Assembly (NCBI GenBank): GCA_047495785.1
Contig: JBLDXI010000011.1
Span: 1,798,001 to 1,862,000, forward strand
Direction: 5' to 3'
Source: Lepidodermella squamata
Lineage: Eukaryota > Animalia > Gastrotricha
DNA length: 64,000 bases
Below, one piece after another: positions 1 to 12,634 of this stretch. The notes beneath the pieces are model-generated. The model saw nothing but the letters and a program-made list of their open reading frames with translations. It searched no databases and was not told the DNA's origin. The translations under genes were made by a program, and so were the position numbers. Each line of letters opens with the position of its first letter. Positions within the stretch are counted from its first letter, which is position 1.

Positions 1-702
1 TAGGCCATGCACCATGCACACGTCCAAGTACTTTCGAAATTGAAAGTGGAAATAAATCGACCCATTTATATTTAATATCCTGTAATTCTGCTATGAGATA
101 TCAGTGGGAGCTGCGACTTATTTCTTTACCCGGCTTTAATCGGATAAAAAATCATGCTGCAATAAATTGTTGAGAACGTTTGCAAATTTTTCTCTTCGAA
201 AACGTTCCGGCCACCCGACCCCCACCCCGTGTAAAGCAGCCCGAATTCTCGCGAACGAACAGATTGCAGCATGCACTAGAGTATGCTGTTTGCCCGCGGA
301 AAAATGAGAATCGAGTGACGACACTCTCGCATAGTGCCACCAAATATTGTAACAAATCTATTCTCTACCTTATAGATTGTATCTATTCTGGCATAAGCTT
401 CTCCGTGAAACAGATCGGTTACGAACCAAGCTACTCGCCCCGCAGACCATGATTTCAATGGCAGGAGGTGCTGTGCTTGAAGATGTGGAGAAGAGCGAGA
501 AACCAGATGGTCAAAGGCTCATTGAGTTGCCATGGTTCTCGATGTGGCTATTATGCTTCGAGTGTGAGCTTCTTCATCGAGATCGCAAGGACAATTGCAC
601 TCCAATTTCCCCCCAGCGAGCCGCAAAAAAGCGATGACAAACGAAGAGGAGCGGCTACGGAAAGCAAATTGGAGATTGTCGTTGAGGGCTAACGGCTTAC
701 TT

Positions 703-1548
703 CAGTGGTTCTCAAACCCCGTTTTTCCGGCCGCATGCGGCCGGCGAGGCCCATTTTGGCGGCCGGCAGAGGTCCGCCTATCTCTTGCATTGCGTGCGGC
801 CGGACGGGTCTTTCGAGGGAAATAGTCCAGGGTTTCACATAATTTGTGCACATTTCCAGCAAAATTCGTCGTATCCAAATGATAAATAGCCATAATTTTC
901 TTAAAAGTTTCTCGCTTCGCTCGCTGATTCACTTTGAAATCTGTCAATATAAGGAGAAGCCCCAGACGCAATGACCAACTTTTTCACGAACAGCCTGCAA
1001 GGCAATTACGCAGCTCTAGATTCCCCTTCGAAGTGTCTACTGCACGAATCGCTTACGGCCTAGCCCAGCTCGCGGCTCGCGGCGAGAAACACTCAAATCC
1101 CCTTTTAACGCATTTTTAGCCCATTTTCAGAAGGAATTCTGGAAAAATATCGTCAGCTAAAGCTCGCTTCGCTCGCAAAGGTTAAGTAATTCACGGGCTA
1201 AGAGTTTGGAGTTTGGAGGCCAAATATTAATTGGCCAAAATGTTACATAGAAATATCTTTCAATTTTCGACTTTTTGAGAGTGATGGGTAGCGACTTCAT
1301 TTGAATGACCAATCAGGGGTCGCGTAAACATTCGGTGAAGAACCACTGCTCAAACCCTAATTTAATAAACAATCCGCTTAAAAGCGCACTCGAAAACTTC
1401 AATTCTCGATTATAGAGGCGTGCGGCCGGGAAGGTCCTATTTTACCATTACAAGCGGCCGGTTGAGGGGTCAAGAGGCATTGCGGCCGGAAAGGTCGCCA
1501 GCCGGCCGCCATTTTTGACCGGGAGCGAAAATAGTTTGAGAACCACTG
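703..1548. mobile_element. Non-autonomous hAT-type DNA transposon (MITE family A), copy 1, 846 bp
   Basis: 15-bp TIRs CAGTGGTTCTCAAAC (703-717) / GTTTGAGAACCACTG (1534-1548). 8-bp TSD GCTTACTT at 695-702 and 1549-1556. CAG termini plus an 8-bp TSD are typical of hAT. Same-length inverted copy at 10580-11425. Confidence 0.92.
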
Positions 1549-1844
1549 GCTTACTTGGCTTAGGAACGGCTACCTGCGGAAGGAGGATATAGCAGCCAGC
1601 GTTTGTTGACATCCGCTGCAATCGGCACGTAATATATCGAGCTGGAGAGGAGGTCGGGAAGAGACAGCCAAAGCCCATCACGGCTATAGCTCGAGGCAGA
1701 GCGAGGAGCTGAAGTGGTCGCTCTGAGGCGGAACCACGATAACTCCACCGCCGAGGAACTGCAAAGCGGCGCCATTTACCACCCAAATATCGAGAGTAGA
1801 GAGTTATGCCAGTTCCGGCGGTGAGACCGAGCCTGTTCGCCATG

Positions 1845-2290
1845 TGATGCACCCACGGCAACTCCACCGCTTAGTAACTGCAAAGCGGCGTCATCATGGT
1901 GAGACCGCGCGGAGTCGCCATGTGATGCAGTTGTTACCCATACAGATTCCAGTGGTCAGCGTCTCAAAACTTGCGCTAGCGCAAAAAGACTGCCGACAAA
2001 TAATGTACGAGCACCTATCTAATTGCTGATTATTTTGCGGCATTTGTTTTAATGTTGTATAAATTAACTGTTGCGAGGTATGAAACGGCCGGAATAGCCA
2101 TCTCTGCCTCATTGTTTTGTTTTCACTCGCTCCTACCTACACTTCGAGCTCTTAACAATGGGATTTATGATTAGTAAAAAAAAATATTAACAAGAATTAG
2201 GATAACAAAAGTTTCATGATTTCGCAATGATAATTACCAAGGATTTTATGGAAGAAGGAGAAAAAATGGGTTAGCATTTTCTCTAGGTTC
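1845..2290. repeat. Intergenic block duplicated with the gene-array unit
   Basis: Homologous by eye to ~7545-7890 and to 14697-14897 + 21882-22030, where the copy is split by the LINE/copia insertion. Shared anchor TCTGCCTCATTGTTTTG. Confidence 0.8.
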
Positions 2291-2753
2291 TGTGCTCTAG
2301 GAGCCGGCTCGTCGCCCGTGAAGTTAAACCCGCCGAGCGTGAAAAGCGCTAAATCTGCGAAGATTACCGAGGTGGTCCCTGCCACTCGTGCCTTTGTCGA
2401 CCAGCCAACGCCCGCGGCTTGGCCCGACCAGTTCTTGCTCATGGGCCAACTCCAAGACCTGCTACGTCCTCTTCGTTTGTGAATCCTGCGATTCGAAGCC
2501 AGTCTTTACCGCCTAATGGCGTGGGCCTCTTTTCTCTGATAGAGGCAAAGTTGCATCCAGCTGCTTTGGAGCGCTGACTCGAACATGTCGGACGCCTGCT
2601 TGATCGGTCTTCGCCTCTTCGGTCAACCTTCTCACCTCAAGAGACTCAATTGCCTGACAGTCAGCTAGTACGCTCTTTTGACGTTAGGTCTACTGAATTT
2701 TGTTGTTAGGTCTTTTGTTTCCATGCTTTATTAGCAGCAGCAAAACATTGCCC

Positions 2754-3062
2754 TTATTTATTCCGGTGTTGCATTTCGCGTCGACTTTTCTGAGAGGGTG
2801 ATTTTAGCATACCAATTAGACCATCATCAGCTAAAACCATACAGCAGACCATCATCAGCAAAAAACGTTCGTCATTTGGAATTGGAAAACCGCCCGCGTA
2901 GGCATGAGTTTGTGACAGATTACACAAAAGTTGCAATGAAGAGGAGCGAAGCAGAGGGCAGCCCTGCCGTAAGCCTCTCTTCACAATGAAGTACTCCGCC
3001 AGTTGATGATTTCCGCTGGAACAAATCACCTTTTCAATTAACCTGCGTCTAAATTGCGGCAA
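2754..3062 (-). pseudogene. Degenerate non-LTR retrotransposon RT fragment
   Basis: Translation contains KRGLRQGCPL (LINE RT GxxQGxxLSP motif) and VLADD (YADD-like). Confidence 0.65.
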
Positions 3063-3431
3063 CCTTTACTGGGTTTGAAAGCGAACTATGAAGTTTCGAG
3101 AAATTAAAGTTAATGATATTTCCCAGTTTCCGTTTTAGAGTATTATTGTCCTACAACAATGAGTCAACCAATACATCGGTGATTTTTGCAATCAGATTTA
3201 CCGTCTTTATTTGTAACGGTGTACAATCGCCGTCGACGAAACCTGTTTCAAAATGGGACTAAGCCATTCAGTGCCAGCGTCGTTTAATTTTATTTCATCT
3301 AAATTGATGTAAATGATAACATAACTGCTTTAGGTAGCTATAATTCTGTCATTACTTATCGTTAATTTATTCATTTAGCGGTAGGCGGTAATTTTTCGCT
3401 GGTTGGAATTAGACTTGCCGGAGATGATAAT

Positions 3432-4654
3432 TTAATTTCCAGTACACGTATTAAAAATGCTAATGAAATAGGCTGAGCCCATACTGTCAACTCGCAAGTT
3501 AGGCGACGGTGATAAAAGCAAGCAGCATCCTAGGAAAGTTGAAGCCCCGTATGTTCCGTCTCTGGTTTGCTGAATACAAAAACGGAAAATTGCAGTATAA
3601 CACGGCGAAACATGTGAATAATTACCAAAGTGTTCGTAACGGCAACGTTTCCGTTTGGCGAAGTATATGGGAAGCGGAAACAAGTTGGGTATAATGATCC
3701 ATCATTCGATGGAGCTGATATCTTGTAAGGTGCATCAGCTCCGAGCTTTTGAATACACGCCAAAGTAGGTGGGTTGCTGGGATTAACGCTTGGAATCGTT
3801 TCGTATATAACGTCACCGCCCGAGTTCGCGGCATTACAGCAATCCGAAAATGATGAAAACGTATTTGGCAATGCAGTAGAATCCTGAAAAATACACAGGT
3901 AGGAGAGCAAAGTAAATTTGTCGCTTCTTACCACTGAAGTATATGTAAAGACGGAGTTGCATGCCGCGCCATTCGATGTGCAGAATAGCACGTTACTTTT
4001 CGATATCGTGCTGGCATCGCCTTGTGTCTGCGTGATCATGCATAGCTTGTAGCTGACGGTCTGGATTATATAACAATTCAAAGTTAGGCGAAATATTATG
4101 CTGCTTTTGTAACTTATGCAACTTACTGGACTACTCGAGCAAGATTGCCCACTGGGGCATTGAGTTGCTGTTTTGAGAATGCAGTTTTTTGAAGAAGTGT
4201 CGCAAATATTGGCGGTCGGCGTACAAGACTGACCGGTTGGACATGAGGACCCACTTTTAGGCACGCACATGCTTGTTGATATATCGCATACGTTGGCTGA
4301 TGCCACACACGAAGACCCAGAGCTACACGGATTGCTTGTCGATAAGCAAGACTGACCAGTGGGACAAGACGAAGAGCTGCAGGGACTGCTTGGCGCTAAA
4401 CACGACTGGCCACTTGGGCACGGATTGCTTGTTGATTGACAGGATTGGCCAGTAGGGCAAGACGACGAGCTACACGGGCTGCTGGTCGTTGTACTAGTAG
4501 TTGATAAACACGACTGGCCAGTAGGGCACGGATTGCTCGACGATAGACAGGACAGCCCAGTTGGGCAAGCCGGGCTTAGTGTTGAGGTCGACGCAGGGCA
4601 AGCTGCTGCAACGGCACAAACAGCCGCCAGAATGGCAAGAATGAACAATTCCAT
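3432..4654 (-). CDS. Secreted Cys-rich family member 1 (~350 aa, intact, 4 exons)
   Basis: Exons 4654-4127, 4060-3932, 3883-3626, 3569-3432; all GT-AG, phase 0. Signal-peptide-like MELFILAILAAVCAVAAA-C, about 8 CPxGxSC repeats, then family motifs LC..FCxxNGxxC / FSxCC..YE..C..PY..CxRFP / FxxCC..C. Confidence 0.88.
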
Positions 4655-5230
4655 GTTGTGTCGAAGCGAATCAAAAGTTTCTCAAAATTTCCTCAATGGC
4701 TGGAATGATCTCCAAGAAGCTCGAGGTTTGAAATGGCAGATTTCGTATGCTTATATACGCTCAGGTTTGAAATTTGGCACCAGGCCCATCAGTAATAAAA
4801 CGTTATGGGCCACGATAATTGCCACCTACCTTGCCCAGGTGCCACATACTTTGCCCACGTGCGGCATGTACGGGTAGCTTCATTGTTCCAAGCAACAAGA
4901 AAATTGGGCCCTCTACTTCACGATGATGGTGCTCAACGCCTACAAAATTCATTGCGCTTTTAACTGCGTAATTAATTGTTGTTTATAAAAATGGAGAGTT
5001 TATTTTGATTGTTGATATCTCAAGAACAAAAGATTCAAGATGAGGCAAAGATAATTGAAAAGGGTTATTTGGACACATGGGTAAAACTGGGTGAGCATTT
5101 TTTGTAAATCATGTGACTGAGATTTACGTGCACACTTTTCAATGGGTCATCAAGCACCCACAGTGGGCCATGCACCGTGCACGCATCAACTGAACTTGAA
5201 TGAAATTGAAGACTAAAATAACTAAACCTT
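4655..5230. repeat. Upstream region duplicated between members 1 and 2 (distal part also at window start)
   Basis: Aligns by eye with 12083-12634 + 13216-13310. Its distal part also matches 1-110, implying a further minus-strand paralogue just left of the window. Confidence 0.75.
4751..4757 (-). promoter_or_regulatory. Putative TATA box of member 1
   Basis: TATATAA ~97 bp upstream of the ATG. Conserved in the paralogous upstream block of member 2 (12203-12209). Confidence 0.55.
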
Positions 5231-5699
5231 CAAGGTCATATCTGCAAGGACACACATTTGGAAGCAGCAATTTTGAATTTATTTACACGGATTGAATCAT
5301 ATACAATTATTCATGGAGGAAAGAGTTTTTGAAAACTGGCACCAGGCTCATTATTAGTAAAACAAATATAGGTTGCGCTAATTGCTTGGTTACACATGAT
5401 CGAATTTCGTCTTCTGGAAAGGTCAGAAAAAAACCATTCGGAGCATGGTTGTTATCTTCGGCCGTTCAAGGCCGGCGGTAGCCGTCGAATGCGAGATCGA
5501 AATCAGCCAGCCAGTGAGCTTAAAGCCGAGCGCTGATTCCATCGTGCAAAGCAACCGCTATCAAAGCCTGGAGTCGCATGGTCTCGCTTTCCTTCAGTCC
5601 CACGACCTCGCTAGTGAATCTACAAGTGGTCTGAGCATTATCGATGCCCAACCCTCACTTGACCGCGATATAAAAAGCTCTACCGCTTCGGAAAACAAT

Positions 5700-7130
5700 C
5701 CACCTGGTGCACGAGGTTTATAAGCGGAAATAACGGTAAAGCCCACTGGAATATCCCACTGGAGAATGGAAAGGACATGAATGGCGAGACATGCTGGGCA
5801 ACTGGCGATCTTGAAAAAGTGGACTATTTCTTGTCAAAGATGGTTGCCACCGAAGATTGAAGATTGGAAAGTAAAAAATCCGGAACTGCGGAACATTTTT
5901 ACGTCCGTTCGGTTGACGAAAAAGAAATAGCGAGGAAGCTCAAGGCGCTACAGCTTGGAAAGGCGCCGGGACCAAGCGGCATAGAGTCGATACCGGTACT
6001 GGTAACTAGCCAATAGGATAGCCAGTCGCTACTGATCCTGTGGAACACGATGGCAATGAAGCAAACTGGCCTCGAGTGTTCAAAGTTTTCAACGTTTGTT
6101 CACTGGAAAAGCTTCAAGTCCAACTAAGAAAATTTTTAGAAAAGTGGCAATAGCGAACGGCTTCATGCTACCTGATCAGGCGGCATTAATGGGGGTATGC
6201 GGAATGTCGGATACGCAATTCAAAGCTTTCATCTACATCTTGGCGCCATTCAACGACAGAAAAGATTTCATCCCGAGGTACACCGACGTCAGTGGCGCAT
6301 GCAATTGCTGGGCATGCTTTGGCCATTCGGTACTCGAGGGGAAGTTCCTTCTGAACCACAATCTCGAAGATCGTTTATTCCGTGTGGTAGTTGCAGGGGC
6401 AACCTCAATCTTATATGAGCCGAAGAAGGAGGAATCCGCCAAGGTAGATTTCTCGGCCCGTCATCATGGATTGCATTCTCTTCTCCGTGAAACAGACAGG
6501 GAGCGAACCCAGCCACTCGCCTCGTCAGCCACTCTACATTACTGCCAGCCACTCTACATTACTGCACGGCGCCGACGTCAGACGCACGCGTTAGCGGATA
6601 GTTTCAAGATCAGACGCGCCGTGCTGCAAGATGTGGAAAAAGGAGAAGAGCGAGCAACCTGATGGTCAAAGGCTCTCAGAGTCTCCGCGAAGCTAGGACA
6701 CGAAGAAAAGGATTGATACACGGTTATCCTATCCCTGTTTTCGATGGGCAGCCTAAGCTGAACGAAAGGGATCTCAACAAGTCGGGGATGGCCAGACGTC
6801 GCTACTGGGCCTGAAACTGGATTCGGCAATGTCGATGTCAACGAAATGGTGGGGTTCGCTAACGCTTCCACAGCGCCTTCTGCAGAGCGACCTGCGTCGA
6901 CCTGGAACCACTAAAAAACGTCGAGCTGTTGGCACCGTCACTCACCTATGCAAGGTCATTGTGGCACACCCAAGTTGCGCTCGACGTTCGAAATCCTCGA
7001 GTCAAGGAAAGATACGCGAACGCTTCGTGATTCGCTTGCTTGACACCGAAACCAGTAAACGCCGTGGCAATTCGACGAAAACCAGGTAGCGAGAGATCGG
7101 GCCACTACATTGAATTAATGATATCATCAT
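5700..7130 (+). pseudogene. Degenerate non-LTR retrotransposon (LINE ORF2) relic
   Basis: KLKALQLGKAPGPSGI at ~5935-5985 resembles the KAPGPDGI motif preceding LINE RT. Many frameshifts. Part (6470-6680) is similar to 370-530. Boundaries approximate. Confidence 0.5.
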
Positions 7131-8337
7131 AGACTGGAATAATCTACCCGCCAAATGATAACCCGAAAAAACTGATATCGACGTTTTTTTAAAACTCCCT
7201 CAAGACCTTTAGACTTAAGCTAAAGATTTTCGGTAAATAAAAAGTACAGCCATAATTATGTTGTCGTTGTCAATATGGTATGTATATGCTAACGCTGAAT
7301 TGCTAACTTCGAACAGGAAATTTACCTAAACTATGACTAAGACTGAATTGCCTCAAACTCTTACTATCACAGGGTTCTGGCGAGATCAGGCGTTAAGAGC
7401 TAACGGCGTGCAACGGCTTATGGTCGAGAGCCTTGAGCGGCTGTAATAGACGTTTCATCTCTCGAGCCAGCTTGCGTCAGAGCAGGGTAGATCAATGTTA
7501 AGTGTGAATGTGGGCAGTCTTCAGGGCCGTGTCGTCGTGTGGTGCAGGTGATACCCATGCGGATTCCACGGCAAGGGTCGTAAAGCTTGCGCTGACTCAA
7601 AAGACCGATGGTACGAGCAACTCTCAAATTATTTTCGCTAAGTATATTTGTTGTACTGTAGCTTAATGAATTGTTGCGAAGTATGCAACGGCCGGAATAG
7701 ACATCGCAACTCTGCCTCATTGTTTTGTTTTCACTCGCCCGTTCATACATTTTGAGCTGTCAACAATGAGATTTATGCTCAGTAAATAAACAAAATATTA
7801 TTAATTAGAATAACGAAAATTTCTAGGTTAGGCGAAAATAAGGGTTTTATGGTCGAAGAGGAAAAACTGGGTTACCATTATTTCTAAGCACTGTGCTTGA
7901 ATTAGTATTTACACTTTTCCCTGGGCAATTAATCACCGCCCGCATGTGTCATCCAAATATTTTCAACACAACCAACTTCTTATTTTGTAAATCTGGAAAT
8001 CCGCTGGAAATGTAAAATTAACAAGACCTCGCACAACCAACGGCGTTTTGCGGGAGTAGCCACCCGAAATCACTTGTCACTTGCGTAGATTATGCCGTAC
8101 ATAGCCGTCTATGATGCCGTATTTTTTATAGTGATGTTGATTTACAGGTCACGCGACCAAGAAAGCAAAAACTCTTGATGAATCATTTCGGAACACATAA
8201 ATGTACATACTAGCGTGTCAGATCTCTCTTTTTTATTTATCTTTGATGATTCCTGAGTTTTAAGCAGGTTTCCTTGGCTCGAACTTCCATCCGCGCTACA
8301 ACTTTGCGGATGTTAATGATGTTAATAATGTGCAACA

Positions 8338-8452
8338 CAGTGCTTTGGATTTGATTTTATTTGATTTAGACCCTATTTTCACTGATTTAGATTTAAAACG
8401 ATTGATTTACGCGGGGAAGCATTTTGATTTGATTGATTTTGATTGAGTGATT
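8338..8452. mobile_element. Truncated left end of hAT MITE family B
   Basis: Begins CAGTGCTTTGGATTTGATT like 12635, followed by GATTT-type subterminal repeats. No matching right TIR found. Confidence 0.6.
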
Positions 8453-10021
8453 CCCGTTCTCCCAACCACGACCACCCAACCGCGCAGTTTCCCAACCAAT
8501 TCTCCCAACCTAGGGATTTAATTTAAATTAAAACTATTTTCCCAAATTCCCGATCGCGTGCGAGCTCGCGTGTCAAATTTAAACTGCTGAACTGCAACAC
8601 CTGGTTATCGCGCGCTTCTATGAAGAACTCGGAGGAATAGGCACTCCCTCAGATACGAGGTACAGCTTTACAACTTAATTGACTGAATTTAAAACCAATA
8701 CTTACAATTGTTGACTTCAATATTTTTCAATCTTGTTATTTTTTCAACTACTACCGACACTCGGTTCGCTTGGCGTGAACAAAATTTACATCACGCCCGG
8801 CGAATTGGGTACACCGGAGTGAATTTTATTTTATCATTTTTCCTTCTCATTTTTGTTTCTTCGTTTCTGTACTTGAACTCAATTGTTTTTGTTATGTTAT
8901 TGTTGATCAATTAATGAAGGAAAAGATAAAATAAAGAAAATGCTATGCTATGCTATGCTATTTTTTCAATTTTTCAACTTCAATTTTTTTCAATAGTGCG
9001 GGTGAAACCTCAATTGGGAGTGTGTAAGAAGAAGGCGCCCAAGACAAGCTTTTATTGTGGGCCTTGCGAAGCCGATTATCTAAAGGCCATTGAAAGCGCG
9101 TCACGCTGTGAAGGCCCTCTGTTAGCTGCTCCTGTTCGAGTCATTGTCACTAGAGACTCGCGGCCGAAGAAACGCGCCAAGTGCCGGCCGTTGCTATTAA
9201 TAGGAAATAATTTCAAATGCTAAGTTTTGACTATACTACAGCACCTCCGCCTCGCAAAAATCAGCCGAGTGGTGATGAAGTGGTTGTTAAGCGGAAACGC
9301 AGAAGGCCACCTAGGGTCAAAGAGCAGGTAGCTGAGGATGAAGAAGTGCGGCCGCCCGCCCTTGAGATCACAGCAGCCCGCAGAGAGCGAGGCAACGCCG
9401 CCACCCTCGCCTCACGTCGCCTCACCTGGGCTTGAGCTCTTGAGTCACCCCCAGCACTTGAACCACAACGAAGCTCGCATTACCGCTCTCAGCAACGGAT
9501 ATAGTAATATCTCCTGCGTCACCCAGGTCTAAGAAGGCTAAGACTAAAATGACTGTTACTAAGGCCTCCTTCCACATTGCCATCTATCGGTCTTCATTCG
9601 ATCTTCCCGTCTTCATTCGATGACCCTGAGTTGTCTGCTGACAGCCAGCTCTCTTCCCTCCGTCAGGTAGTGCGTCGCACCAGCCCTGGCTCCGAGCCAA
9701 AGTCAGTCAGACTTGAATCAGTTTGAAGTAGCCACCCGAAATCACTTGTCAGATGCGTGGTTGATTTCACCGTACACCTCTTGTAGAGTTATTGACAAGG
9801 GAATAAACTGGCCACGTGACCAAGAACAGTGCAAAAATTCTTGATGAAGAAAAGTACTAGGTACTGTGCCAGATCCATAGGCCAGATCTCTCTTGTTTAT
9901 TTATCTATGGTTCAAGCAGGGTGAGTAATGATATTTTTTTCTTCTCTTCTAAATAATGATTATAAAAACGCTCCAGTTATTCATCAAATTGCTGGGAATT
10001 ATACTCTCGGACGACGATGTT

Positions 10022-12082
10022 TTAAATTTTAGTGCAAACATCAAATCCATAAATACCATAGGCGGAGCTGAAGTCGCTAATCTGCAGGCTAGTAAACGGT
10101 GACAAAAGCAAGCAGCATTCCAGAAAACTTGAAGCCTCGTATGTACCGTCTCTGGTTGCCTGGATGCAAACAAGAGAAAATGCCAATTAAAAGAAAAACA
10201 AATGTGAAAATACCAAGTCTGTCGTAACGGCACCCCAACGGTTCGGTGGATCAGTATATGGAAAGCGGAAGCAACCTGCCGTTCCTGCTCCACTGGGGGC
10301 CGTCGGGGATGCTATCTTGTAAGGTCCACCAGTTCCGACCTTCTGAATACATGCAGTAACAGGTGGATTGCCTGGAACAATTTCGTATATTACATCACCA
10401 CCCGATTTCGCGGCATTACAGCAATCCGAAAATGATGTAAAGTAATTTGTCGAGGCAGTAGAATCCTGGCAAATTTAGTGTTAGGAGATGGATGTTAACT
10501 TGACATTTCTTACCACTGCATTGTTTTGAAGAACTGAGTTGCATGCCCCACCATTCGATGTGCAGAATACAGAATAGGACAGTGGTTCTCAAACTATTTT
10601 CGCTCCCGGTCAAAAATGGCGGCCGGCTGGCGACCTTTCCGGCCGCAATGCCTCTTGACCCCTCAACCGGCCGCTTGTAATGGTAAAATAGGACCTTCCC
10701 GGCCGCACGCCTCTATAATCGAGAATTGAAGTTTTCGAGTGCGCTTTTAAGCGGATTGTTTATTAAATTAGGGTTTGAGCAGTGGTTCTTCACCGAATGT
10801 TTACGCGACCCCTGATTGGTCATTCAAATGAAGTCGCTACCCATCACTCTCAAAAAGTCGAAAATTGAAAGATATTTCTATGTAACATTTTGGCCAATTA
10901 ATATTTGGCCTCCAAACTCCAAACTCTTAGCCCGTGAATTACTTAACCTTTGCGAGCGAAGCGAGCTTTAGCTGACGATATTTTTCCAGAATTCCTTCTG
11001 AAAATGGGCTAAAAATGCGTTAAAAGGGGATTTGAGTGTTTCTCGCCGCGAGCCGCGAGCTGGGCTAGGCCGTAAGCGATTCGTGCAGTAGACACTTCGA
11101 AGGGGAATCTAGAGCTGCGTAATTGCCTTGCAGGCTGTTCGTGAAAAAGTTGGTCATTGCGTCTGGGGCTTCTCCTTATATTGACAGATTTCAAAGTGAA
11201 TCAGCGAGCGAAGCGAGAAACTTTTAAGAAAATTATGGCTATTTATCATTTGGATACGACGAATTTTGCTGGAAATGTGCACAAATTATGTGAAACCCTG
11301 GACTATTTCCCTCGAAAGACCCGTCCGGCCGCACGCAATGCAAGAGATAGGCGGACCTCTGCCGGCCGCCAAAATGGGCCTCGCCGGCCGCATGCGGCCG
11401 GAAAAACGGGGTTTGAGAACCACTGGAATAGGACGTTGAATTTCATGATCGAACCTGTATTGCCTTGTGTCTGCGTGATCACGCATAGATTGTAGAAAGT
11501 CTGGATTGTCTAACAATTCGAAGTTGAGCAAACTTTTACTCCATTGTTGGAAGTTACTGGACCACTCGAGCAAGATTGACCACTAGGGCATTGAGTCGCC
11601 GTGCTCGAGATGCAGTTTTTCGAAGAAGTGTCGCAAATATTGGCGGTTGGCGTACAAGACTGACCGGTTGGACATGAGGACCCACTTTTAGGCACGCACA
11701 TGCCTGTTGATATATCGCATACGTTGGCTGATGCCACACAGGAGGACCCAGAGCTACACGGATTGCTTGTCGATAAACACGACTGGCCAGTAGGACAAGA
11801 CGAGGAGCTACATGGACTGCTTGGCGCTGAACACGACTGGTCACTTGGGCATGGATTGCTTGTTGATTGACAGGATTGGCCAGTTGGGCAAGACGACGAG
11901 CCACACAAAGAGATGGTCAATGAACTGCTTGTTGATGAACAGGACTGGCCACTAGGGCACGTTCTGTTCGCCGAGAGACAGGACTGGCCAGTATTAGGGC
12001 AAGTCGCACTTAGGGTTGAAGTTGGCGCAGGGCAAGCTGCTGCAACGGCACAAACAGCCGCCAGAATAGCAAGAATGAACAT
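10022..12082 (-). pseudogene. Secreted Cys-rich family member 2, exon 2 interrupted by hAT MITE
   Basis: Exons 12082-11558, 11500-10514 (containing the 846-bp MITE, its TSD and an extra CAGAATA duplication), 10465-10214, 10159-10022. Close paralogue of member 1. Confidence 0.85.
10580..11425. mobile_element. hAT MITE family A, copy 2 (inverted relative to copy 1), 846 bp
   Basis: Same TIRs. 8-bp TSD GAATAGGA at 10572-10579 and 11426-11433. Appears identical to the reverse complement of 703-1548. Confidence 0.92.
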
Positions 12083-12634
12083 GTAGTGTCCATGTAGTGT
12101 CGAAGCGGATCAAAAGTCTCACAATATGACTTCTCAAAATTTCCTCAATGGATGGAATGATCTCCAAGAAGCTCGAGGTTTGAAATGGCAGATTTCGTAT
12201 GCTTATATACGCTCAGGTTTAAAAATTTGGCGCCAGGCCCATCAGTAATAAAACGTTATGGGCCACGATAATTGCCACCTACACTGCCCAGGTGCCTCAT
12301 ACGTTGCCCACGTGCGGCATGTACGGGTAGCTTCATTGTTCGTACACTCGGGGTAAGGCAACGAGATAACTTTTGGTCCTCAGCTTCACAATGATGATGC
12401 TCAACGCCCACAATTTACATTGCGCTTTCAGCTGCGTAATTAATTTTTTATCATGAAATTATATTCTGTTTTGATTGTGTACACCTCGAGAACAAAAGAT
12501 TTAAGATGAGGCAAAGATAATTACCTAGGGTTTTTGGACGCACGGGTAAAACTGGGTGAGCATTTTTTGTCATGTGACTGTGATTTACGTGCGCACATTT
12601 CAATGGGTCATCAAGCACCCACAGTGGGCCATGC

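Noticed and set aside
3530-4654. The 374-aa single-exon ORF as the real product
   Set aside because: Comparison with paralogues shows it reads through two in-frame introns and misses exon 4.
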